Shown one piece after another: positions 20,047 through 28,318 of a stretch of DNA of 64,000 bases. A model generated the notes under the pieces. It ran no database searches. It saw only the letters and a list, made by a program, of their open reading frames with translations, and was not told the DNA's origin. The stretch covers positions 66,180 to 130,179 of the forward strand of contig CAVPPA010000005.1 of NCBI GenBank assembly GCA_963707285.1. The letters run 5' to 3'. Every line of letters begins with the position of its first letter. Position 1 is the first letter of the stretch. A program made the position numbers and the translations under genes. The stretch is from an uncultured Candidatus Saccharibacteria bacterium. Lineage in GTDB: Bacteria; Patescibacteriota; Saccharimonadia; Saccharimonadales; UBA4665.

Positions 20047-21813
20047 ATGGATAGTGCTGAACAACAAGTTGTTGATCACTTAAAACAAGCTCGCAATATA
20101 TTAGTGACAGTTCGAAACAGCCCGACAGCTGATCTGCTCAGTGCGTGCATTGGATTAGCCTTAGCTTTAGACAAGATGGATAAGCATGTCGCTGCAGTTT
20201 TTAGCGGTGAGGTACCAAGTACTCTCGAATTTCTAAAACCTGAAGAAACGATAGAACAAAACCCGGATAGCTTACGTGATTTCATTATTGCGCTTGATAA
20301 GTCGAAAGCCGATAAATTACGCTACAAAGTCGAAGATAAGGTAGTTCGTATATTCATAACACCTTATAAAACCAGTCTAAGTCAAGATGATTTGCAGTTT
20401 AGTCAGGGCGATTTTAACGTTGATGCAGTAGTTGCACTTGGTGCCCACGAACAACAAGAGTTAGATCAGGCCATAACTGCGCACGGAAGAATATTGCATG
20501 ATGCAACAGTTATAAGTATCAATAACACACCCAACGGCAGCCTTGGATCCGTCAATTGGCAGGATACATCGGCCAGTTCGATTTCCGAACTTGTCACTAA
20601 ACTTGTTAAAGATCTTAATAAAAGTGTTCTTGATGACCAAATTGCTACTGCATTATTGACGGGTATCGTAGCTGAAACTGATAGATTCAGTAACGAAAAA
20701 ACAACACCGCGGACAATGAGCCTTGCAGGCGATCTTATGGCAGCCGGCGCTAATCAGCAACTAGTGTCGACGCAATTGCAAACAGATAGTGAACCTAGCA
20801 TTCCAGATAAGCCGAACGCTGACTTCTCAACAGTGTTACATAAAAGTGCTCAGCCTATGCCGCCAAAACCGTCAAAAACTGATGATGGTGCGCTGAAAAT
20901 CGATCATAAGCCATGGCAAGAAAACGAAGATGCGGGGTCTGAAGTAGTAGAATCAGCCGATCAAATGGATCAACCATCACATGAACCTGAATTAGGTCAG
21001 AATCGAGATATGTTGCCAATACCCGAGCCGCCTCGCACTAATGGCTTAAATGACGATCCGTTCAGTAGTGAATTTGCTAAAGATAGCGATAAGGATAAAC
21101 CTTCAGTCGGCCATTCGTTTTTAGTGGATGAACCAACTTTGCCAGAAACACCTCAGTCTGAGTCAGCTCTGCCCGAACCAAGCGGCGCAAATCCCTTTGA
21201 TTTACCTCCCAAGGAACCATCGGCACCGCTACTTAGCCGGGATGAACCAGCTGACACTCGCTTTTCGTTCCCAGCGCCGCCTCCGCCAATTCCATCCGCG
21301 CCTGAACCAACAACTTTTTCACCTCCCGCCTTGCCTTATTCGCCAGCACCAGAACCAATAATTCCTCCGAACTCGAACGATACTCCGGAATCAACGACAG
21401 ATACTCTAGAAGAGATAGAAGAATCTGTCCATAGCCCGCATTTAATATCTTCGCAACCAGCCGATGTTGACAGCGCCCGGCACGAGGTTATGCAAGCGCT
21501 ACAAAGCAGTACCCCACCAATCGAACCATTAGCTGCTTTAAATGCTAACCCACTGGGAGACGAACTTCACGCAAATCAAGTTGAAATTGATGCTAACGGC
21601 AATATAGTTACGACATCGCCGCCGTCTGCACCAGCTACGCCTGTAGCTGATACTGAACCAGATGAAAGTACGCCCCTTGATATGCCTTTGCCGACGGTTA
21701 ATCCTGCTCCGCCGGCTACTAGCCAGCAAGCGCCAATCTCCACAACTTCTGACTCGCCACCTCCAGTACCGCCTCCATTTATGCCTCCGCCAAACTTCGT
21801 CAACCCGAACTAG
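20047..21813 (+). CDS. NrnA-like DHH-domain protein (degenerate motifs) fused to a Pro-rich low-complexity tail
   Basis: Residues 1-245 align to DHH subfamily 1 (WQDTSASSISELV, TGIVAETDRF). Motif I (DxD) and motif III (DHH, here GAH) are degenerate. There is no DHHA1 domain, and the C-terminal ~340 aa are P/S/E-rich. Confidence 0.65.
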   Translation: MDSAEQQVVDHLKQARNILVTVRNSPTADLLSACIGLALALDKMDKHVAAVFSGEVPSTLEFLKPEETIEQNPDSLRDFIIALDKSKADKLRYKVEDKVVRIFITPYKTSLSQDDLQFSQGDFNVDAVVALGAHEQQELDQAITAHGRILHDATVISINNTPNGSLGSVNWQDTSASSISELVTKLVKDLNKSVLDDQIATALLTGIVAETDRFSNEKTTPRTMSLAGDLMAAGANQQLVSTQLQTDSEPSIPDKPNADFSTVLHKSAQPMPPKPSKTDDGALKIDHKPWQENEDAGSEVVESADQMDQPSHEPELGQNRDMLPIPEPPRTNGLNDDPFSSEFAKDSDKDKPSVGHSFLVDEPTLPETPQSESALPEPSGANPFDLPPKEPSAPLLSRDEPADTRFSFPAPPPPIPSAPEPTTFSPPALPYSPAPEPIIPPNSNDTPESTTDTLEEIEESVHSPHLISSQPADVDSARHEVMQALQSSTPPIEPLAALNANPLGDELHANQVEIDANGNIVTTSPPSAPATPVADTEPDESTPLDMPLPTVNPAPPATSQQAPISTTSDSPPPVPPPFMPPPNFVNPN

Positions 21814-21852
21814 CTGCGTTTAAGATTCCCGATATTTAGTACAATTGCAATT

Positions 21853-22548
21853 ATGCAGGGACTGTTGCTCGTCGACAAACCATCGGAATGGACATCGTTT
21901 GATGTAGTTAATTACATCCGAACCGCACTGGCCCGATCAGCTGGTGTTAAACCGAAATCCATAAAAGTTGGGCATATTGGGACTCTCGATCCGTTAGCGA
22001 CCGGGTTGTTAGTTATATTGATCGGCAAAGATTATACCCGCCGGGCGACTGAACTTACCAAGCTGGATAAAGTTTACGAGGTCACGATGCACTTGGGGTG
22101 TGTCAGCTCGACAGGTGATGATGAAGGTGAGAAGCATTTTGTAAGCGACAGGATACCGACGAAAAGCGAAATTCGGATAGTTTTAAGCCGATTCACTGGC
22201 CATCTCGATCAGGTACCGCCGGCCTTTTCGGCTATAAAAGTTCAAGGACGACGAGCATATTCTTTAGCTCGTGCTGGACAGAGTGTCGTACTTCAGTCAC
22301 GTCCAATTATGATTCTTCAAAATGTACTTAAGGTCTATAATTATCCGCTCGTACATTTTGTCAGTACAGTCAGTAGCGGTACTTACATTCGCGCACTTGT
22401 TGCCGATATTGGTAAAGAACTTAAAACAGGTGCTTATATGTCCGATCTGCGCCGAACTAAAATTGGTAAGTACTGCGTAGAAGATGCGGTAACTGTACAC
22501 AATTTAGATGCAGACCTCATCGTCTCGCGGTTACAAGTACTTAATTGA
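21853..22548 (+). CDS. truB: tRNA pseudouridine(55) synthase
   Basis: Catalytic motif GHIGTLDPLATGLL. TACAAT at 21840-21845 lies 7 nt upstream of the ATG. Confidence 0.88.
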   Translation: MQGLLLVDKPSEWTSFDVVNYIRTALARSAGVKPKSIKVGHIGTLDPLATGLLVILIGKDYTRRATELTKLDKVYEVTMHLGCVSSTGDDEGEKHFVSDRIPTKSEIRIVLSRFTGHLDQVPPAFSAIKVQGRRAYSLARAGQSVVLQSRPIMILQNVLKVYNYPLVHFVSTVSSGTYIRALVADIGKELKTGAYMSDLRRTKIGKYCVEDAVTVHNLDADLIVSRLQVLN

Positions 22549-22611
22549 ATAATTAGTTATCTCAATTCTCATCTTGTGCACACAGTCATCTTGTGATATA
22601 ATTCGACAAAC

Positions 22612-22878
22612 ATGATAACACGTGAGAAAAAACAAGCCGCTATTGGTGGCGTGCAAACGCACAAAACCGATACAGGTGGCTCTGCCGTTCAAGTGGCAAT
22701 TGCCACTGAACGTATTAAAGAGTTAACTGAGCATCTGCAAGTCCACAAAAAGGATTTCACTGCTCGTCGCGGGTTACTGCAACTGGTCGGTCAACGTCGA
22801 CGACTACTTAAATATATCGCCGCCCACAATAGTCAAACTTATTTAGATTTGATTAAAAAACTCGGCATTCGCCGCTAA
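22612..22878 (+). CDS. rpsO: 30S ribosomal protein S15
   Basis: 88 aa with a TGGSAVQVAIATERIKELTEHLQVHKKD motif. Conserved rpsO-pnp synteny. Confidence 0.92.
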   Translation: MITREKKQAAIGGVQTHKTDTGGSAVQVAIATERIKELTEHLQVHKKDFTARRGLLQLVGQRRRLLKYIAAHNSQTYLDLIKKLGIRR

Positions 22879-22895
22879 AGTACATAAACCAGCCC

Positions 22896-22911
22896 TCTCG
22901 GAAATCCGAGA
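22896..22911 (+). terminator. short hairpin after rpsO (possible attenuator or processing site ahead of pnp)
   Basis: 6-bp stem TCTCGG/CCGAGA with loop AAAT. No T-tract follows, so it is weak as an intrinsic terminator. Confidence 0.3.
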
Positions 22912-23082
22912 ATGCAAGCTTGTGCACTTTAAAACTTCGAACACAATTCATGTGCTCGTATATAGAGCTACAGATATACCGCCGCTATTTTAAGATACGC
23001 ACAAGAGCGTCTTGTATATTTGCACTCTATGTATGAGATAAAACATCCACACTCATGAATTAGAAAGGTCAGAAATACCCTT

Positions 23083-25218
23083 ATGGGACAAACAATTAAT
23101 CCTTCTGGAAAAAAAATTATCAAAATTACTACTGAACTATGCGGCCGCCCGCTCACTTTAGAGGTTGGCCGACTCGGTTTTCGTAGTTCAGCCGCTGTCA
23201 CAGTAAGCTATGGCGACACAGTTGTCATCGGTACTGTTATGGTAGGTCAAGCCGCTACCGGGCTCGATTATTTTCCGCTCAGTATTGATTACGAAGAACG
23301 ATTTTACGCTACAGGTAAGATAAGCGGTAGCCGTTATATTAAACGTGAGGGAAGACCCTCAGATGAGGCCATTTTAATTGGACGGATTATCGACCGACCA
23401 ATTCGACCCTTGTGGCCGAAAGGCTTCCGTAATGAAGTACAGGGCATAGCCACAGTATTAAGCAGTGATCCGAATTTTCGGCCAGATGTTATAGCTATGA
23501 TTGCCATAAGTGCGGCCCTCATGCTGACGGGAGCACCGTTCGATGGTCCGGTAGCAGGCTTACGAATCGGCTTAAAAGACGGTAAACCGACCGCCTTTTT
23601 ATCGGCTGAAGAATTGGAAAACGGCCCGCTTGATCTTGTTGTAGCCGGAACCGAACAGGCAATAACCATGGTTGAGGCTGGCGCCAAAGAGGTTAGCGAA
23701 GACCAGGTGGTTGAAGCATTGGAGTATGCCTATAGAGCGATGCAGCCAGCCATAGCTGCCCAGAAAGAACTTATCGAGAAGGTTGGTGTGTCGCCACTAG
23801 CTTATGAGCTTGAACTTACTGATAGCGATATCCAGCAACGCGTTGAAACGTGGCTGGAAGGACGATTAGGCACTGATTTGCATACTTCTTACCCAGAACG
23901 CAATGATCTTATTAAAGATTTACGAGATAAAATGCATGCTCATTTTACTGAAGAATTTGGTGAAGCTTTTTCTAATGTTAAACATGTTTATGACGAAGCA
24001 TTTATGCTTGCCGTACACAAAGATGTGCGGAAAGGTATTGTCGAAAGTGGCATCCGTCCCGATGGGCGAGGCTTAACCGATATCCGACCGTTGTCCAGTG
24101 AAGTAGGTGTTTTACCACGAGCTCACGGATCGAGTATTTTTACGCGCGGACTGACTCAAGCTCTAAATATCGTAACTCTAGCTTCGCCATCATATGTGCA
24201 ACTGGTTGATACGATGGAACGAAGTGGTGAACGTCGCTACATGCACCACTACAATGCGCCCGGTTATAGTGTTGGTGAAGTTCGTCGACTCGGCAGCCCA
24301 GGCCGTCGGGAAATCGGCCATGGCTATTTGGCTGAACGCGCATTACTAGCCGTTATGCCCGATGAAGCTGATTTTCCCTATGCTGTCCGTTCGGTGACCG
24401 AAATTATGAGTCAGAATGGTTCAACCAGTATGGCTGCCACCTGTTCAAGCTGTTTAGCTCTAATGGACGCTGGCGTACCTATTAAATCACCCGTCAGTGG
24501 TATTGCCATGGGCCTGATAGTAGATGGCGATAAAACATTCATCATGAGTGATTTAGCTGATGCCGAAGATTTCGCTGGCGATATGGACTTTAAAGTGGCT
24601 GGAACCAGCAAGGGTATTACGGCTCTGCAAATGGATATGAAAGTACATGGACTACCAATCAAAGTACTCAAGCAAGCCTTAGTTCAAGCCAAAGATGGCC
24701 GGGCATATATTCTAAAGCACATGCTTGAAACGCTTACTAAGCCGCGGGACGATCTCAGCCCCTATGCCCCCCGTGTCGAAGCAATCCAAATTAACCCTGA
24801 AAAAATTCGTGACGTTATAGGCAAGGGCGGTGAAACGATTAATAAAATTATTGCTGAGACTGGTGCTGAAATCGACATAAAAGATGACGGAACAGTGTTA
24901 ATTGCCAGTCCCGATAAAAAATCAATCGATGGCGCCATCCAATATATTCGAAATCTAACAGCTGAACCGGAAGTCGGCAAAATCTATACTGATTGTCGAG
25001 TTGTTAGCGTGCTCGATTTTGGAGCCTTCGTAGAAATCTTTCCTGGTAAAGAAGGTTTGGTTCATGTCAGTGAAATGAAAGATACAAGGGTAGAAAAACC
25101 AACTGACGTCGTTAAAGAAGGTGACCATGTAACAGTTAAGTTGTTGGCTATCGATGATCGAGGACGATTAGTGTTAAGCATGAAAGCTGCTCAGAAAGAA
25201 CAATCTACTAAGAGTTAA
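23083..25218 (+). CDS. pnp: polyribonucleotide nucleotidyltransferase (PNPase)
   Basis: 711 aa with two RNase PH domains, KH (IGKGGETINKI) and S1 (GAFVEIFPGKEGLVHVSE). Confidence 0.93.
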   Translation: MGQTINPSGKKIIKITTELCGRPLTLEVGRLGFRSSAAVTVSYGDTVVIGTVMVGQAATGLDYFPLSIDYEERFYATGKISGSRYIKREGRPSDEAILIGRIIDRPIRPLWPKGFRNEVQGIATVLSSDPNFRPDVIAMIAISAALMLTGAPFDGPVAGLRIGLKDGKPTAFLSAEELENGPLDLVVAGTEQAITMVEAGAKEVSEDQVVEALEYAYRAMQPAIAAQKELIEKVGVSPLAYELELTDSDIQQRVETWLEGRLGTDLHTSYPERNDLIKDLRDKMHAHFTEEFGEAFSNVKHVYDEAFMLAVHKDVRKGIVESGIRPDGRGLTDIRPLSSEVGVLPRAHGSSIFTRGLTQALNIVTLASPSYVQLVDTMERSGERRYMHHYNAPGYSVGEVRRLGSPGRREIGHGYLAERALLAVMPDEADFPYAVRSVTEIMSQNGSTSMAATCSSCLALMDAGVPIKSPVSGIAMGLIVDGDKTFIMSDLADAEDFAGDMDFKVAGTSKGITALQMDMKVHGLPIKVLKQALVQAKDGRAYILKHMLETLTKPRDDLSPYAPRVEAIQINPEKIRDVIGKGGETINKIIAETGAEIDIKDDGTVLIASPDKKSIDGAIQYIRNLTAEPEVGKIYTDCRVVSVLDFGAFVEIFPGKEGLVHVSEMKDTRVEKPTDVVKEGDHVTVKLLAIDDRGRLVLSMKAAQKEQSTKS

Positions 25219-25219
25219 C

Positions 25220-25453
25220 ATGGGTACGCGTAAGGTTCTAATGGATATTTCTCAATGGCATAAAACAGTTTTAGGTTTATTGATTTTTGCCATTATTGAA
25301 CTAGTGCTCGCATACGGACTATTTTTAGTTGCTGTCGATCGAGGCACCTTATGGTGGTACGTTGCAACAATCCTGCTATTAATTGGTGTTTTGCAAAACG
25401 TATCAAAGTTGATATGGAAGGTATGGCATGTCCTCAAATCACCAAATGCTTAA
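25220..25453 (+). CDS. small hypothetical membrane protein
   Basis: 77 aa with two predicted TM helices. It is tightly packed between pnp and the UDG gene. Confidence 0.4.
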   Translation: MGTRKVLMDISQWHKTVLGLLIFAIIELVLAYGLFLVAVDRGTLWWYVATILLLIGVLQNVSKLIWKVWHVLKSPNA

Positions 25454-26069
25454 TAATATCCAGACTCAGATAGTGAGAGATAAGGTTTGTCCTGAGCTGG
25501 CCAAGTCAGCCACTCAGTTAGTATTTGGTGACGGAAACCCTGAAGCGGCGCTAGTATTTGTTGGTGAAGCACCAGGCAAAAGCGAAGACGAGCAGGGTAA
25601 ACCTTTTGTTGGGGCGGCCGGTAAGTTTCTCAATGAAATGCTTACCATGATTAACCTGAAACGCGAGGATGTATATATAACTAATATCGTAAAATATCGA
25701 CCACCAAATAACCGTGAACCGCAACCAGAAGAAAAAAGAGCCTTCTTACCATATCTGCAAGCTCAACTAGAGGTTATTCGTCCTAAAGTCTTAGTGACAC
25801 TAGGGAGTCATAGCTTAAGTTGTTTTTTGCCAGATATTAAGATCAGCCAATGTCATGGGCAACCTAAACGTATACGCTTGAATTTTCATAGACTAGACGA
25901 AAAGCAGAATGATAAGGCTTCCGGTAAAACTAAAAAGGGTTTTCCCTTGGTTATTATGCCACTTTTTCATCCAGCTGCAGCTTTATATAACGGTGCGATG
26001 CGCCAAACACTTATCGATGATTTCGCGAAGATCCCACAAGTTATTCAACAAATTTCAATTTCCGTATAA
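25428..26069 (+). CDS. uracil-DNA glycosylase, family 4
   Basis: Motif A FVGEAPG and motif B LFHPAAAL. The start may instead be the internal ATG at 25446. Confidence 0.8.
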   Translation: MSSNHQMLNNIQTQIVRDKVCPELAKSATQLVFGDGNPEAALVFVGEAPGKSEDEQGKPFVGAAGKFLNEMLTMINLKREDVYITNIVKYRPPNNREPQPEEKRAFLPYLQAQLEVIRPKVLVTLGSHSLSCFLPDIKISQCHGQPKRIRLNFHRLDEKQNDKASGKTKKGFPLVIMPLFHPAAALYNGAMRQTLIDDFAKIPQVIQQISISV

Positions 26070-26101
26070 CAACATTAACTTTTTGTAATCCAAGGAGACA
26101 T

Positions 26102-28164
26102 ATGAATCCAAATAGAAATAACAATCCGAATCAACCACAGAGGAGATATTCTAATAATCCTCAAAAAGATTCACAAACTAATCAACAATCAACTCAAACT
26201 GGCCCGAGGTTAAGTACCTCACGGGGTCAAGCCGTCCGTGCCCAGAAGCGATCACAGATGGATGCCCAACGTATAGCCGACCAATACACAGCTGCCGCTG
26301 CACCGCAGTCGGATCAAAGACGTGCAAATATCATCGATGATAGTCCAAGACTAAGGGTGATTGGACTGGGTGGTATGGACGGTGGTGGCTCCAAGAATAT
26401 GATTCTCGTTGAATATAAAGACGACGCAGTGGTTATCGATTGCGGTAACGATTTAGGTGTTGATTTACCGGGTATTAATTATGGTATCCCAGATACAGCA
26501 TATCTTGAATCAATCAAACATAAACTACGGGCCTATATCATCACCCACGGGCATCTTGACCATATTGGCGGTTTGCCGCACATCGTACCACGCATCCCGG
26601 CCCCAATTTACGGATCAAGGTTCACGATCGGTATGATCGAGAAGGTATTTGAGGGTTTTACTTCACCAATGCCAGCCGGCTTTCAGCTCCGTACCGTCGT
26701 AATGAACGAGGAAACACATGAACGATTGAAAATCGGTCCTTTCTTTGCTGAACTCGTTCGAATCACTCACTCCATCCCAGGTAGCACTTGTGTCATTTTA
26801 GACACACCGGTCGGTCGGATTATCAATACTGGCGACTTCAGACTTGATCCCAATCCGCTAGACCATGAAAGAAGTGACACAGAGCGCATAAAACAGCTCG
26901 GCAATGAAGGGGTACTGCTACTTATGTCAGATAGTACGTCAGCTGAACGTCCGGGACGGACCCCTTCTGAAAGCACCATTGAACCAACCTTCGTTGATTT
27001 AATCGGCAAAGCGCCAGGTCGAGTTTTTGTTGCTCTGTTCTCGAGTAATATTAACCGTATTCAAATGATCGTCAACGCTGCAACTCATCATGGTCGCAAA
27101 ATTGCCATGGATGGACGCAGTATGATGAGTACGCTCGAAGTGGCAGTTAAGTTGGGTATGATACGTATTCCGAAAGGAACATTCATACCTATTGCAAGCG
27201 CCGCCACGATGCGTGACGATGAAGTAGTTGTGGTATGTACTGGTTCGCAGGGCGAACCGAGTTCAGCCTTCAACGAATGTCAACCGGCGACCACAAACAT
27301 ATTAAATTAAAAGAACAAGACACCGTTATTTTATCGAGTACACCAATACCTGAAAGCGGTAATGATAAATTAATTGGTGACATGGTTGATAAGCTTATGG
27401 CCATGGGAGTACATGTTTTCCGGGCCAATACGCATGAAATTGATAACTGTGGACCACTTCACGTATCCGGTCATGCTAGTCTAGATGAATACGGTGAAAT
27501 GATCGATATGACTAAGCCGAAATTTTTCATGCCAATTTATGGCCCATATCGAGCTAAGAAATATCACATTGAAGAAGCTATCCGCCGTGGTGTACCACGC
27601 GCAAATTGTGTCAACGCCGACAATGGCCAAGTAGTGGCTTTGACGAGTGATAAAATGGAGAGTCTTGGTGAAGTGCCGCACGGTACGATTTTAGTAGATG
27701 AAACAAGCGCTATTGTTTCGAATATTGTCGTGAAAGACCGGGTACTTCTCAGTGAAGAGGGCCTGGTAGCAGTCGTTCTAACGGTTGATAAAAGAACCGG
27801 CAATCTGCTGACCAGCCCGGATATCATAAGTCGCGGCTTTATTTATATGCGCGACAATGAAGATCTAATGAATGGACTTCGCACCGAACTACGTCGCGCA
27901 ACGCAACAGCGTTTTAAGCGTGTCGATTTAGATCGTTTTAAAGCGGAATTAAAAGATCACGTCACACACTACCTGTTTGAACAAACTCAACGTAGCCCGA
28001 TCGTCATACCGGTTGTAAATGTGATCGGTGCAAAAGGTGAAGTCACTACAGTTACCAACGGTGGTAGTTCCACGAAGAGCGGGGAAGAAATTGTTGCAGA
28101 GCAAGAGCGCCGGTTCCAAGAAATGCGAGCCCGGTTATTAACTCAAGATCCGCGAGTCGATTAA
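26102..28164 (+). pseudogene. rnj: ribonuclease J, reading frame interrupted by a 1-nt frameshift near 27268
   Basis: ORF 26102-27310 carries the metallo-beta-lactamase motif HGHLDHIGG and ends ...TGSQGEPSSA. ORF 27235-28164 continues LQRMSTGDHKHIKLKEQDTVILSSTPIP in another frame. The two pieces together form a colinear RNase J of about 688 aa. Confidence 0.8.
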
Positions 28165-28168
28165 GCTT

Positions 28169-28190
28169 ACAATCCAACTCTATGCGCCAA
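28169..28190 (+). repeat. copy of the AATCCAACTCTA element (motif B0) upstream of the ftsK promoter
   Basis: ACAATCCAACTCTATGCGCCAA shares the 12-mer AATCCAACTCTA and a CGCCAA tail with the elements at 59175 and 60563. Confidence 0.5.
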
Positions 28191-28201
28191 ACATCAGCTT
28201 T

Positions 28202-28230
28202 TTGACAAGTGATGTAATTTTTGCTATAAT
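28202..28230 (+). promoter_or_regulatory. sigma70-type promoter of ftsK
   Basis: TTGACA (28202-28207), 17-nt spacer, TATAAT (28225-28230), with TGC immediately upstream of the -10. Confidence 0.65.
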
Positions 28231-28318
28231 ACAGGCATTACATATAGTACCATTACTAATGAAGATGCCGTAGAATACCTAGACCATAAGAAGTAACGAG
28301 GGTATAATCAACGAAGTC

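Noticed and set aside
22569-22595. Direct repeat TCATCTTGTG x2, 17 nt apart, upstream of rpsO as a possible S15 autoregulatory element.
   Set aside because: The two copies coincide with the -35 (TTGTGC) and the extended -10 TG of the rpsO promoter. The mRNA appears nearly leaderless, which leaves no room for an S15-binding leader structure.
25428-26069. Possible loss of the 4Fe-4S cluster in the family-4 UDG, which has only three Cys in the protein.
   Set aside because: Without a proper alignment I cannot place the four canonical Cys positions reliably, so I did not raise this as a finding.
27255-27280. Programmed -1 ribosomal frameshifting in RNase J.
   Set aside because: There is no X XXY YYZ slippery heptamer at the junction (AGTTCAGCCTTCAA) and no obvious downstream stimulatory hairpin. 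A 1-nt indel, real or from sequencing, is the simpler explanation.
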